Origin: Antechinus flavipes
Lineage: Eukaryota
Direction of reading: 5' to 3'
Length of the DNA: 64,000 nt
NCBI RefSeq assembly: GCF_016432865.1
Contig: NC_067401.1
Location: 38,936,001-39,000,000 of the forward strand
Positions 38,180 through 50,285 of the stretch are shown here, piece by piece. The translations under genes were made by a program, and so were the position numbers. The notes under the pieces were generated by a model. That model was given only the letters and a program-made list of their open reading frames with translations, had not been told where the DNA came from and ran no database searches. Within the stretch, counting starts at the first letter, position 1. Every line of letters starts with the position of its first letter.

Positions 38180-38390
38180 GATTACTCCTTAGCTTCTAAG
38201 CCTCAGGAAAACTCCTTAGGATAATCACCACCTTTAATTCTCCTGGAGATTACTCCTTAGCCCACCACCTTCCACCACCCTTAATTCATCTAGAGATTAC
38301 TCCTTAGCCCACCACCCTTACTTCATCCAGAGATTGCTTCTTAACCTTGGGCCATAGAATCAACATGTATTCCTTAACCTTAGACTATAG
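38180..38390. repeat. Imperfect 37-bp tandem repeat
   Basis: gagattactccttagcccaccacccttaattcatcta-like units, about 3-5 copies. Confidence 0.75.
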
Positions 38391-38907
38391 AAGATTAGAT
38401 AAAGCTGTACTCTGTCTTTCAGTCATTTGCTATTTTCCAATCATGAACCTAATCTGCTGAGAACTCTCAGTGTCAAAATATACCCTTTTTTTGCCAACTT
38501 AAAAAAAGAAAAAATAATAAAAATTTCTCTAGATCACATTTAAAGACAAAGCAAAGAGAGTTCACTCCCTTCTTTTCATTAACAACAGTTTTTTTAGAAT
38601 GGCTCACAGAGAAAGGAGGAGAATGAGTTTTGGCTCATTTTCTTTCCTCTCCCCACCCTCTATGGAAGTTAAATGATCAAAAGGCAAAGGGGGAGAACTA
38701 AATCAGGACAGTATAATCCTGGATTATAAATATGGATATAGATATATATCGAGAGAGAGTATGCTATAAGCACTCAAACAGAAACCTCTGGATAAAGGGC
38801 AAGAGGATTTCCCTGGCCCAGACTTGACAGGCAAAAACAATTCCATAGGGCAGTGAGGGATGGGGTATTTTGGGGAGAGAGAAAGGGGGGATGAGATCAT
38901 GTCTCAC

Positions 38908-39013
38908 CTGCTCTATCATCTGCCGGACTTTCCGCTGTTGACTCTTGAGCATGTCATCCAGGTGATGGATCTTCTCCCGAAGACCAGCCACTTCTTTCTC
39001 CAGCTGAGTAGCC
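38908..39013 (-). CDS. TUFT1: TUFT1 exon 10, ATQLEKEVAGLREKIHHLDDMLKSQQRKVRQMIEQ
   Basis: 106 nt, starts in phase 2. Acceptor tctgtctccag, donor CAG|gtgaga. Near-identical to human. Confidence 0.98.
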
Positions 39014-40239
39014 CTGGAGACAGAAAGGACCAGAGGATTGATGCAAAGAGAAAAAAATCCTCTCTCTGTCCCGTTACAAGGCCAGGACAAGAGAGAAAAC
39101 ATGATTTCCAGGGCTGTTAAATTCTGTTTCTCTTTGATCTGAGGTGAGATTCTATTTAATATTCTGTTTTACTGTCATCTCTGCCAACCGTCCTGAGGGC
39201 TTGGGGTGGGATGCCACAGAATCATAACGTTCTGGAGCTGGAGTTCATTGGGCCTACTATATGCCAAGGCATTATGCTGGGCCCTGGAGACACCAAGAGA
39301 ACAAAGCACAATTTTTGCCCTTCAAGGTTTATATTCTACTACACTTGTGCATTTAAGAAATGGCAAGTCTGAAAAGAAGCCTATGACCTTACTATGAAGG
39401 CTTATATCATTACATTTCCCAATAGCTGCTCTGTTTGGTTTTGACTTTATACACATCACGTTCCCATTTCCCCTTCCTCCAATGACAAGCAGCCTCTTTT
39501 TAGCTTCCTTTCCCCCATTAGACTGAAAGCTCCTTGATGACAAGGGCCCTCTTTTTCTTATTTGCATTCTCAGCACTCAGGATAGTGATTAGCAGAGAGG
39601 AAGCACTAGATCATTAATTACTGGCCATTGATTATCAAATAAACCAAAGAGCTTGTTTTGATACTAGAGACAATGGAAACCAATTAAGATTGTTTAGGAG
39701 GAGTGACAGTCTTCAGGAAGATTATTTGGTCAGTTTTGCTGAGGAGCTACTAAAGTGAGAAACATGAAGGGTGATCCCAGAATTTAATACTGGAAGAGAT
39801 TTCAGAAGTCACACTGATTAAAACAATTCCTGCCATAATATACGAGCAAGTGGCCAAGAAGCCCCCACTGGAAGATTTCCACCACCTCCTTCCAGGCAGA
39901 CCATTTGGCCTCTGGCAAGATTTGATTATTGGGAATCTTTGCTGGTATCAAACCTAAATTGGCCTTTTTGTAAATCCCTCCTATTGCTCCTGATTCTGTA
40001 CTCTGAGTCCTCCAAGAGAACTTGAACAGTGGAAAGAGCATTTGATCAGAGGTCCCAGGTTCAAATCTCCATGATATCACATCACTTAACTTAAAACGCG
40101 GTAAGTCAGTTTCCTCGTGGGTAAGAAGAAGAGGCTAGACTAAGTGGGCAGCCATGTTCCATCTCTTCCAGCTCTAATCTAAGTCTGTAATCCTCCATTC
40201 CTAAAGCTCATCATCCCTCCCCCTCCAGGACTTTCCAAA

Positions 40240-41420
40240 ACTTGAAGCCAGCCAGTCTATCTCTCTGAGCCTTCTCTTCTCCAGGCTGAAAACTACTAGC
40301 TCCTTCAGCCTGTCTTCTCAAAATACAGACTCAAGACTCTTCACCATCTGGGCTGCTTTCTCCAGACACTCCTCCAGCTCCTCAATGCCCTTCTTAAACT
40401 TCAGCGCCCAGAACTGAGCACAGTATTGCAGATGTAGTCTGAGACAGCAGGACAGAGGAATCCCCGGGAAATTCTGGGGATATCAACTGACTTCTGAAAG
40501 CTTTCCTGACTCTCAATGGCCACCAAGATCTCTTTGGCTCCCCAACCCACCTCCACTGCTAATTTAAATTAAGCTTACTGTTCACTAACACTCCCAGATA
40601 TTTTTCAGATGACTTTTGCCTAATCATGCCTTTTTCTATCCTTTTGAAGCAAATTTTTGAGCTCAAGTATAACATTTTATAATTACCCCCACTGAATTTC
40701 ATCTTAGGAGCTTCAGTCCACTGTTCTAACCTGGGACTTCTTAAAATTTTTCCACTCATGACCCTTTTTCACTGGAGACATTTTTACATGATCCCCAGGT
40801 ACACAAAATATTTACTAATAAATCATAGTTTCACAACTCTCATATTCAACTATTAGACCTCATATGGGGTTGCAACCCAAACTTTAAGAAGCTGAGCTCT
40901 AGCCTATTAAGACCTTTCAGGATCCTGCCATCTATCATGTTCTCCTGGTTTTGTGTCATCTGCAAATTTTATATGAATGCTGCCTGTGCTTTTATCCAGA
41001 TCCTTGATAAAAATCTTTAACAGCCCAGGGACAAGAACAGATCCCTAAAATCCTCCACTGAAGACCCTTTACCAATGAGACATTCGAACCACTTATGACC
41101 ACTCTGAGGACTTCAGCCATCTAATCCATCTAATTGTGTTCTCCTTTAGTCCACAAGTCTCCACCTTTTCCACAAAACTAGTATGAGATTTACTATCAAA
41201 TGCTTTGCTAAAAATCTTGGTAAACAACACATCTGCTATTCTCCTGATCTGCTAGTTTATAACCCTGTCAAAAAAAAGAAATGCCAATCTAGAATGACCA
41301 GTTTTTGGTGGAGCCATGCTGCTGTGCTTCTAGATTATCTGCTTACTGTCTTTTTCACGATCCATTGTAGAAGCCAAGCTCACTGTCTATTGTTCACAAA
41401 CTTTCATTTTCTTTGCTGAA
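40240..41420 (-). mobile_element. L3/CR1 RT fragment
   Basis: ORF 40559-40759 RLEQW...MKFS...KMLYL...SEKYLGVLVNSKL matches the CR1 RT C-terminal pattern. Confidence 0.85.
40731..40894 (+). mobile_element. Short non-autonomous hAT-like DNA transposon inside L3
   Basis: Imperfect TIRs (acttcttaaa / tttaagaagctg). A related copy is at 41713-41860. Confidence 0.6.
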
Positions 41421-41712
41421 ATTTTCCCTTCTCCAATTGAGTAGCAATTCCATTTTAAAAAATATCACAGACAGTGACTCAATAATCATATTCATCTGTT
41501 CTGAGTACCTAAGGATGGTTCATTTGGGTCAGATGACTTGAATTAATCAAGATCACTTGGATAACAAAGTACCCTCTTATTTAGCTTGGGCAGCAACTGC
41601 CTATCAATTATTTGTATGTCATTTGGGGGGAGGGGAGATAACAGATACATCTTTTTAAAAATCTAAGTTGGCTGGGTATTTTCCTATATAGTCACAATGG
41701 TTTCTGTTAGAG

Positions 41713-41860
41713 CAGGGCTTCTTAAATGTTTTATACTCACAACCCTTTTTCATCTGAGAAATTTTGGTATACAAAATCAAACATTTACTGATAAATCATA
41801 ATTTTTGACTCCCACATTCAGTTACAAGACCTCATATAGGGTCATGATCCACAGTTTAAT
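41713..41860 (+). mobile_element. Second copy of the short hAT-like element
   Basis: cagggcttcttaaa start and internal similarity to 40731-40894. Confidence 0.55.
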
Positions 41861-41990
41861 TAGTCCAGAATACTTATCTCTCCTGTGAAATGGGGGTTCA
41901 TAATCTTTTTTTTTTTGTTTGTTTGTATCATGGACCTATTAACTATTGGTAGTTTGGTGAAACCGATGAACTCCTTTTCCAAGAATAATT

Positions 41991-42310
41991 TTTTTTAATA
42001 ACTTTTTATTGACAGAGCCCATGCCTGGGTAATTTTTTTTTTTTTACAACATTATCCCTTGCACTCACTTCTGTTCCGACTTCTCCCCTCCCTCTCTTTG
42101 CCCCCCTTGATGGCAAGCAGTCCTATACAAGTTAAATATTTCACGGTGTATCCTAGATACAATATATGTGTGCAGAACCAAACAGTTCTCTTGTTGCACA
42201 GGAAGAATTGGATTCAGAAAGTAAAAATAACCTGGGAAGAAAAACAAAATGCAAGCAGTTTACATTCATTTCCCAGTGTTCTTTCTTTGGGTGTAGCTGC
42301 TTCTGTCCAA
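41991..42310 (-). mobile_element. Young L1 3' fragment in TUFT1 intron 9
   Basis: Same subfamily tail (taactttttattgacagagcccatgcc). Imperfect TSD caa(g)aataat. Confidence 0.88.
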
Positions 42311-43129
42311 AGGATAATGTTCTTTAAAAGTACAAAATAAATTACATAAGATTACAAAGGAAACAAATTATACTGAAATATAGTTATCAATTTTTTTTTT
42401 TAATTCAGACCTTAGGTTAAAAACTCCTTCTCTGTAACCTTTAAAATCTATTCTCCCCAAATCTAGGGTGTATATAAGACTATACTTATAGCTGCACCTA
42501 GCTTTTGTTTAAGTCATTTCCCCCTACTCCAATTCTATTCCAGCCACTGGTTCCTCCAAGTTAGTAAGAATCAAATTCAACTCAGACTTTTCCCTTATTG
42601 GTTCCTATACTTTTTTAAGGTATAGCAAATTATCTTTAAATCAAATGAAGTTATCAGTTACTCTGCTTTTGGCAGGGAGAATGCTCTGGCAGGTATCTGA
42701 ATGAATGAAATCTTTCATCGCTTCTATATTATGTGCAAATGCCAAACATGTGGCAAACTCCTCATCTAGTTCTCCTTTCTGTCCAACTGATCTGCAGTAT
42801 ATTCTAATGACAGAGTAATACCAATTACACCCAACTCAGCCTCAGCCTTGGATCACACTCACCGTTTTGGCTCCTACATATGAGCTGCTAAATGAAGGTG
42901 AAGAAAATCACTCAACTCTGAGCCCACTACAAATTTATGTAATTTAAGCCCAACTGGGCCCTCAATTTTGCTAGACAATCCTGCTATACCTTCCCTTATT
43001 AACTCACCATCCTGCTCTCTCCACAGGGACTTTTCCAAAGTTTCTCATCCCTTCTTAAACATCTCATGGCTTCCCATTCCCTTCAGATGCCCCAATATCG
43101 CTGGAATATGGCCCCCTTCTCTCTCCTGA

Positions 43130-43615
43130 CACTGCTATCGCCTCACTTCTGGATAACCACAAAAGCCTCATGTGAGTCTGCCTGTCTCGGTCTCTCCCAA
43201 CTCTAATCCATCCTCCCCTTCAACCACCAAAGCGATTTTCCTACTCAATGAATTCTAGTGGCTTCCTGGGATCTCCAGATCCCTTCATTACCTGCCCCCA
43301 CTTTCTTACACCTTGCTCCTTAACTTGTACTCTGTGATCCAATAACACTGACCTCCTGGCTAGTCCATGAACATGACACTTTGGGTATTTTTCTGTCTGT
43401 CCCCCATGACTGGAATGCTTTTACTCCAACTACTGATTTCCCTGGCTTCCTTCAAGCCTCAACTAAAATCCCATCTTTTTACAGGAAATCTTTCTCAATC
43501 TCCCTTAATTCTAGAGCCTTCCCTTTATTATTTCCTGTTATCCTGCATGTAACTTGCTTGTATTTGTTCGCCTCTGGATTTCTCTGTTAGATAGTAAGCT
43601 CCTTGAAGGTGTATG
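43130..43615 (+). mobile_element. L2 3' fragment
   Basis: ctctaatccatcctc...ctcaactaaaatccc...gtaagctccttgaag. Confidence 0.75.
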
Positions 43616-46446
43616 GATAGGATTTTTCATTTTTTTTTTTGTCCTTCACAGTCATGGATCATTGTATTGCTGCAAATAGCAAAATCATTCATTGATCATC
43701 CCAAAACATTGCTATTACTTTGTACAAGATACATTTCACTTTGATTGAGTTCATGAAGGACATTCCAAGTTTTTCTGAGAGCATCCTGCTTATCATTTCC
43801 CATAGAACAATAACATTCCATCATAATCACATACACAATATCTGAATATATGTTCTTAAAATATAGAACTTTGGGAACCTGGGTGACAAAGTGGATAAAG
43901 AACTCAAACTAACGTCAAGAGACAGGAGCTCAAATTTTGCCTTAGTCCCTAATAGCAGTATCTCTACAGTTACTGCCATTACTAGTCTCATTTCCTCATT
44001 TGTAAAATAGGAAATTATAATGATACCTATTACCTCAGAGCATTGTTTTGAAGATTAAATGAGTTTATATAAAGAACTTTTAAGAAAGCAATTCTTAAGA
44101 GTACTACCATAAACATTTTTATAGTTATTGTTATTAATCTTTCTCACTTATCCCCCTTTTCAATTATGCCATTTTTTCATCTCCCTGTTTTTTTTGTGTG
44201 TGTAAGGCATACTTTTAAAAAGCTATTATATTCCAGGTATGAGTTTTAACCACCAAATCTCAAAGATATTTCTGAGGCCAAATATACCTCCTTACAAAAG
44301 GCCTACCTACTTCCTTCTTGGTGACTTAAAACAGTGGTCATTTCTGCATAGCTATCTGACTTCATGATCCCTTTGGGGGTCATTTTTTCCTTTAAAACTT
44401 TTGGGTTATCTTCTCTGATATTCTTCATTCACTATACCTATGTATTTTCTATGGAATTAAACTTGGTAGATATACATAGGAAATTCCTTCGCTCCCCATA
44501 TTTATTTTAAAGCCTGAAGATGGCATAAATCTATCTTTACACAAAAGATGTACACCAAAAAAACCAAATCCCATTCTCAGATACCATCTTCTTAATCAGT
44601 CAATTCAAAATCTTAAATCACTTATAGTCCTCTTCATTTCTTATCTTCAAGAAACAGCAGTAAGAAAAATACAAACTTTCTCGACCAGAACATTTTCATA
44701 ATCTCAGCAATTACTTTCTAGATTCTTTCTGGCAAGGTCATATGTCTCCAAATGAATCACAAGAACTGGTGGTAGTCATCTTTTTTCTTTCTTTCTTTTT
44801 TTTTTTTAATTAGCAAAAATGAATTTTTAAAAGAATATTATTGATATATTTTAAGTCATCCATTTTCTTAAGTCTTGGAAAGTTCTATCATATCTTGAAT
44901 ACATAGGATATATACCCCAGAAAGACAAGAAGTCTATTATTATCAGGTCAACCAACTATTGCTACTTCTTCTCTGACCCTTGCTGGAGGATCTCTCACCC
45001 TACAGCTGCTGTATTAGTGTCATGTTATTGTTTAGAAGATCAGTTTCTTCTTCAGAGGATCTAACTCCTTCTTCCTCATTTTTAGAAGTGGAAAGTGAAG
45101 TATAATGAGAAGTGACTCCCTGAAGATCACAAAATCATGATTAGCTCAGCCAAGACTGAACCTAAGGCTTCTAACTTCCAGGCCAGTAATTATTCTATCA
45201 CATCACATGATCTCTTCAAAGCAGACAGAACCAAAAATCCCCAGAAGGCTAAGCCACTTGAGAAAAATAAGCCATGACTTTCCAGCCTGCTGCTGCTATC
45301 TCCCTGTGCCTCAGAAGCATAATGCTTGGTGACCCCAATTTTTTTTTTTTTACAAGGTAGAGGAGTCCAACACCATTGGAAAACCAAAGTAGAGACTCTG
45401 ATGGAAGGTTTCATTATATTGCAGTTACATACCCAGCCCCTTTTGGGGTAACAGAGAGGGATACCTAAAAAACCCAGAAATCTACAACTGTGTCCCAAGT
45501 CTGTCATTTAAGCTCTAAAACTTCCTTTTTCTACCTCTTGCCTATTTTCTTTCTCAATTTGTTTTGTTTGGAAAATCTGCATTTTATATGGCCAATTGTT
45601 AAAATAGTTTAATTGTATATTAATATGAATTAAAAAAATTTATTAAGCACTTACACATCAACTACTAGATTATAAATGTCAAAGGAAAGAGAATTCCTGC
45701 CCTTAAGGAGCTTCTCTGCTAGAGGGTAGAGTGGATTTGATTATGGCTCCCGAACTACAGGAAGGAGAAAAGCAGAAAAATGGCTGAGTAAGTAGGGAAA
45801 TCTGACTGCAGCCTGCCTACTCTAAATGTTATAGATCAGGATTTTATATAAGCAACATAATCTGTAAAATAAATGGTTTTATGAATGTAGGCGGCCAACG
45901 GGTGCAGAGGACAGAGCACTAGCTCTAGTGAAGATTAGCAAGTGGGCCACTGTGGTTGGAGGATGAGTAAAGCATGAAGACTTGAAAGGTAGGGAGGGGC
46001 TAGATTATGAAAGGCTTGAAGGACCACAGAGAAGATTTTATATTTGATCTCGGAGATAGAAGGGAGCCACTGAAACTTATTTATTGAGTTGTATGTATAG
46101 GAGGCTTGGGTAAGTCCATGTGTTAGGAAAATCATTTTGGTAACCGAGTCAAGGATGATTTGGAGAGAGTGAGGAAGGATAATGTACAAGGGAATACCTC
46201 TCAGAGTTATGGATACCAAACCAAACCAAACCAGAGAAAATTACAAAAAAATTAAATAATTTCAACTACATAAAACCAAAAAACTTCTGCATAGACAAAA
46301 GTAATGCACCTAGGATAAGGTAAGGAGAATAAAAAAATCTTTGTATCAAAGTAATCTGATTTAGCATCCAAGATAAATATAAACAAGATAAAAATAATAA
46401 ACAATGCTATTCCTAATCGATCAAGGGGTATGAACAAACTGTTTTC

Positions 46447-46600
46447 TTTCTTTCTTTCTTTTTTGCTGAGACAATTGGGATGAAGTGACTTGCCCAGGGT
46501 CACATAGCTAGGAAGTGTTAAGTGTCAGAAGCCAGATTTGAACTCAGGCCCTCCTGACTTCAGGGCTGGTGCTCTATCCCCTGTGCCTCCTGGTTGGCCC
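46447..46600 (-). mobile_element. WSINE1-like SINE inserted in the old L1
   Basis: Perfect 15-bp TSD gaacaaactgttttc at 46432-46446 and 46601-46615. Confidence 0.92.
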
Positions 46601-46771
46601 GAACAAACTGTTTTCAAGAAAAGTTGCAAAGATCAGAAGCATGAGAGAGAATCCTCTAATTCAATAATAAGAGAAATGCACATCAAGGTAAGGGAAATTT
46701 CACTTCACATCCTGAAAACTGACAAAAGACAAAAATAGATAACAATTAACACTGGAGGGGTTGGAAAGATA

Positions 46772-47004
46772 ATCATATCTTGAATACATAGGATATATAC
46801 CCCAGAAAGACAAGAAATCTATTATTATCGGGTCAACCAACTATTGCTACTTCTTCTCTGACCCTTGCTGGAGGATCTCTCACCCTACAGTTGCTGTATT
46901 AGTGTCATGTTATTGTTTAGAAGATCAGTTTCTTCTTCAGAGGATCTAACTCCTTCTTCTTCCTCCTCATTTTTTAGAAGTGGAAAGTGAAGTATAATGA
47001 GAAG
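46772..47004 (+). repeat. Direct copy of 44887-45112
   Basis: Three substitutions and two small indels over about 226 bp, compared by eye. Confidence 0.95.
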
Positions 47005-48429
47005 AAAGTCTCCATAAATACCAAAATACTTACAATGGCAATTTCAACAATGGCAAAGAATTAGAAAACAACGTAGATACCCATCAGTTGGGGAATGGCT
47101 AAACAAATTGTGGTACATGAAAGCAATGGAATATTGTTGTGTTGTAATTAACAATTAATGTAATAAATAAAAGCACAAAAATATATAAACTGGCGCAGAG
47201 ATAAGGAAGCAAAATCAACAAACTTCCTTTCTATCTCCCCCTTCCTTCCTCTCTTTTCTTCCTTCATGCTTCATTTTTACTTTCTTTCCCTCCTCCTTTT
47301 GCCTAAAATCCAAATAACCACATAGATTTAGTTTCTTCCTCTTATATTTCCATTAATTCAACCTTTCAATATTGGGGGAGGGGAGGGAAGAATAACCCAA
47401 AATAATTGAGTTGTATTTTGAGTTTTTGACCCACTCTGGAAACAGACTAGGTCAGGCAGGCAGATGACAAAAGCAAAGAACTAAAAATAAAATGTTTAGA
47501 TTTTCATGGCTGACCTAAATTTAAGATCTAGAGTCATGAGGACAAGGATAAAGGCCTCAAGAAAGCTCTATCCTCAAAGACTGTGACGGGAATTACAATG
47601 TACAGGCCTAATAAGATTATAGTTTAGACTATATCCAATACAACAATATTAAACTGGATCTGTGATTCATCCCTTGACAGTTTATTTATGTTTATGGCCT
47701 ACAGCATAAAGAGGCCAGAAATTCCTCACTGGCCTTGGGCTGAGAGTGGCCTAATTTGGTGATATTCTATGTTTCAATGACACAGGCTTTCTCTGTCTCC
47801 CTGACCATAAGAAAAGTAGAAAGTAATTTATTCATCATTTAATATTAATTAAATTAGATGTAACTTAAGTCTACTTCCCAAATCACTGTTGAAATTTCTT
47901 CTTTTGCCTCTGCTGGATAAATACACCTTTTCTAGCTTCTTTCAAGGCTCTACTTGGTTCCCACTTCCCAGAAGAGGCCTTTCCTATTTGAAATGACTTT
48001 ATACATGTTTACCCATGCACATATAGAATCAATCATACCCACCCCTAAGTAATAGCAATAGCAACTATTTCCCGCTAATGTCAATTCTTCAGGAAAGTTT
48101 TGATCTTGGTTTTCTCAGTGATTTCTCAGGTTTGCAATAAAGGCTCCCCTCTCCCTTTATATCAAACTGCTTCAGGTTACCCATCTAATCTCTGTTGGAA
48201 CCCTTCCAGAGACAGGGAGTTCCATAAATAGGCCCTTCTGTTTCCACTCACATTCACCTCCACATCATCCTTTAGTCTGTGGCCAAATCTCTTTTTCATT
48301 TGCAAAGCCATACCATTCATTAATCAAAACCTTCCACGGATTCACCAAATTAAAATTCAAACTCTGACACTTGGCAATGTAAGACCTTACACAACTGCTG
48401 CTGTTTGAGCTCAGTTGTGGCCCTTTGTG

Positions 48430-48672
48430 GGACAGCTAGCTGATGAAGTGTCTAGTGCTGGGCCCGGAGTCAGGAAGTCATCTCCCCAAGTTCAAATGCA
48501 GCTTCAGACTCTTACTAGCTGTATGACCCTGGATAGGTCCCTCTGCCCTGTTTGCCTCAGTTTCCTCATCTGTAAAATGAGCTGGAGAAGAAAATGGCAA
48601 ACCACTGCACTATCTCTGCTACAAAAACCTCAGAAGAGGTCACAAAAAATCTGACGAGATTGAAAGATGACT
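48430..48672 (+). mobile_element. MAR1-like CORE-SINE
   Basis: gcctcagtttcctcatctgtaaaatgagctggagaagaaaatggcaaacc. Confidence 0.8.
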
Positions 48673-48844
48673 TAATTTTTAAAAAATTGACTTTCTACAT
48701 TTTTCTCAAGATACTCCTCTCTCTGTCTATGACTGGTCTGAACTAGGCTATTATTTGTATCCCATACACGACCTGTACTTTATCTGCCCTCCATCCCTTT
48801 TTTCCTAAAATCTCTTTTTTTTAAAATTTTATTATTTTTTTTCC

Positions 48845-48962
48845 TAAGGCAATTGGGGTTAAGTGACATACTCAGGGTCACACAACCAGGAAATGTTACA
48901 TGTCTGAGGCCAGATTTGAACTCGGGTCCTCCCGCTCTATCCACTGCACCAACTAGCTGTCC
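48845..48962 (-). mobile_element. WSINE1-like SINE
   Basis: aggcaattggggttaagtgac...ccactgcaccaactagctgtcc. Confidence 0.85.
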
Positions 48963-49524
48963 TTAAAGCCAAATTCAAACGTCACGTCCCCCAGAAAGCC
49001 TTCCTTGATTTTCCCTGTTATGGTGCCCTCTGCTCCCCTTGGGCCTCACACATCCTATAAATTCTGCAGGCAGGCTCTCTGGAATCCACATTTTTTTCTC
49101 TTGCAGCACTTGGCAGGGTGTGTTGCACACACTGGGTATTTCACATCCGTTTTATGGAGGACACGGTCTTATTTTGCTCCCATTTACGACACCAGGTCCC
49201 CTTCCTGCTAATCTTCTCTGTAGCTTCCAATTTTAGCACACACGTTGCTGAAGCGAGCGCCCAGGTCCCCTTCCTAGCTCAGACAGTTGATCTGTCTCCC
49301 TCAGCCGTGGCTCTGACCGCTAAGAACTCCCTGGCAAGGGGGACCCCCCAAGGTGGTCCAGGTTCCCAAACCAGGGAGAGTCCACACCCTGCCGAAGCAT
49401 GTGGGTGAGTCAGGCCGGCCAGGTGTGACATCAGCAGCAGCTCCCACCCCAAATCTGGCCCTGCGAGAGCCCCAGCATGCAACGCCCCCGCCCCAGCTGC
49501 AAAGTGAGCAAGCAGGAGCCTTAC

Positions 49525-49619
49525 TTTTCCTGTTCTGCAAGGCAGTCAGCATTGCGGGTCCGAAGCTCCTCCAGGGCCGTGTTCCCTTCCCTGACCTTCT
49601 CCTGCAAGCTCTCTTGTTC
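49525..49619 (-). CDS. TUFT1: TUFT1 exon 9, EQESLQEKVREGNTALEELRTRNADCLAEQE(K)
   Basis: 95 nt, ends in phase 2. Acceptor ccttcctag, donor AA|gtaagg. Matches human KVREGEVALEELRSNNADCQAEREK. Confidence 0.95.
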
Positions 49620-50156
49620 CTAGGAAGGGCCAGAGAAAGGCAAAGTCGGGATGAGGGAAGGCATCTGCCTCCAGAGAGAATCGCAGGGTCCACCGCCGCA
49701 CAGAGATGGGCTCACGGGTGCCTTCTGCTGAGATCGAGAACCCTTCCCTCTCCCCCTCAGAAACCTCACCCTGCTGCCCTGCGGGAAAGCCCAGCCCTGA
49801 TGATTCCAGAGCTGGTTCATCTGCCAACTCTGGTTACCATTCCCCGGGCACCAAGTGCCGACTTAAAAACAATCTCCAAGCCTAAATGGGAGATGTGCAA
49901 GCTGGAAGGGAAAAGTTCCTCAGCAACAGGAGAGGTTAAGGGGAGACCCCCCTCCCAAAAAAAAAAAAAAAAAAACCTTCCCCATCTTTCAAACAAGGAA
50001 AGAAATCCACCATTGTGGAATGTCCCTTAAAAAGAAGGCAGCCGGGTCTGAGTGTACAGGACAGCAGAAGTGCCCCCAGCAGGAGGGTGGCTAGGGTCAT
50101 AGTTTAGGGTGTCTCCTGGCCCCGAGACCTGAAATCCAAGCGAATGGAATAGTCAC

Positions 50157-50285
50157 CTTCTCCATCCCCGACATGCACCTCTGAAGCTCGAGAACCTCCG
50201 CATCTCTCTGCTCCAACTTGCTCTCCGCTCTCTGAAGGGCAGAACTGCTCACCTCGGCTTCTCTCTGGTACCGGCTAAGTGTGGT
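50157..50285 (-). CDS. TUFT1: TUFT1 exon 8, TTLSRYQREAEVSSSALQRAESKLEQRDAEVLELQRCMSGMEK
   Basis: 129 nt. Acceptor tgtattttag, donor AAG|gtgact. Matches human VTLSRYQREAEQSNVALQRE...GMET. Confidence 0.95.

Larger units (their letters stand above)
46250..47200 (+). mobile_element. Old L1 ORF2 3' fragment carrying a SINE and a templated insertion
   Basis: Degenerate aaacttctgcataga..., agagaaatgca...aagg, cccatcagttggggaatggctaaacaaattgtgg. Confidence 0.75.

Noticed and set aside
49353-50030. 225-aa plus-strand ORF
   Set aside because: It is antisense to TUFT1 exon 9 in GC-rich DNA, starts at GTG, has no recognisable domain and crosses an A-run. A long chance ORF is expected at this GC content.
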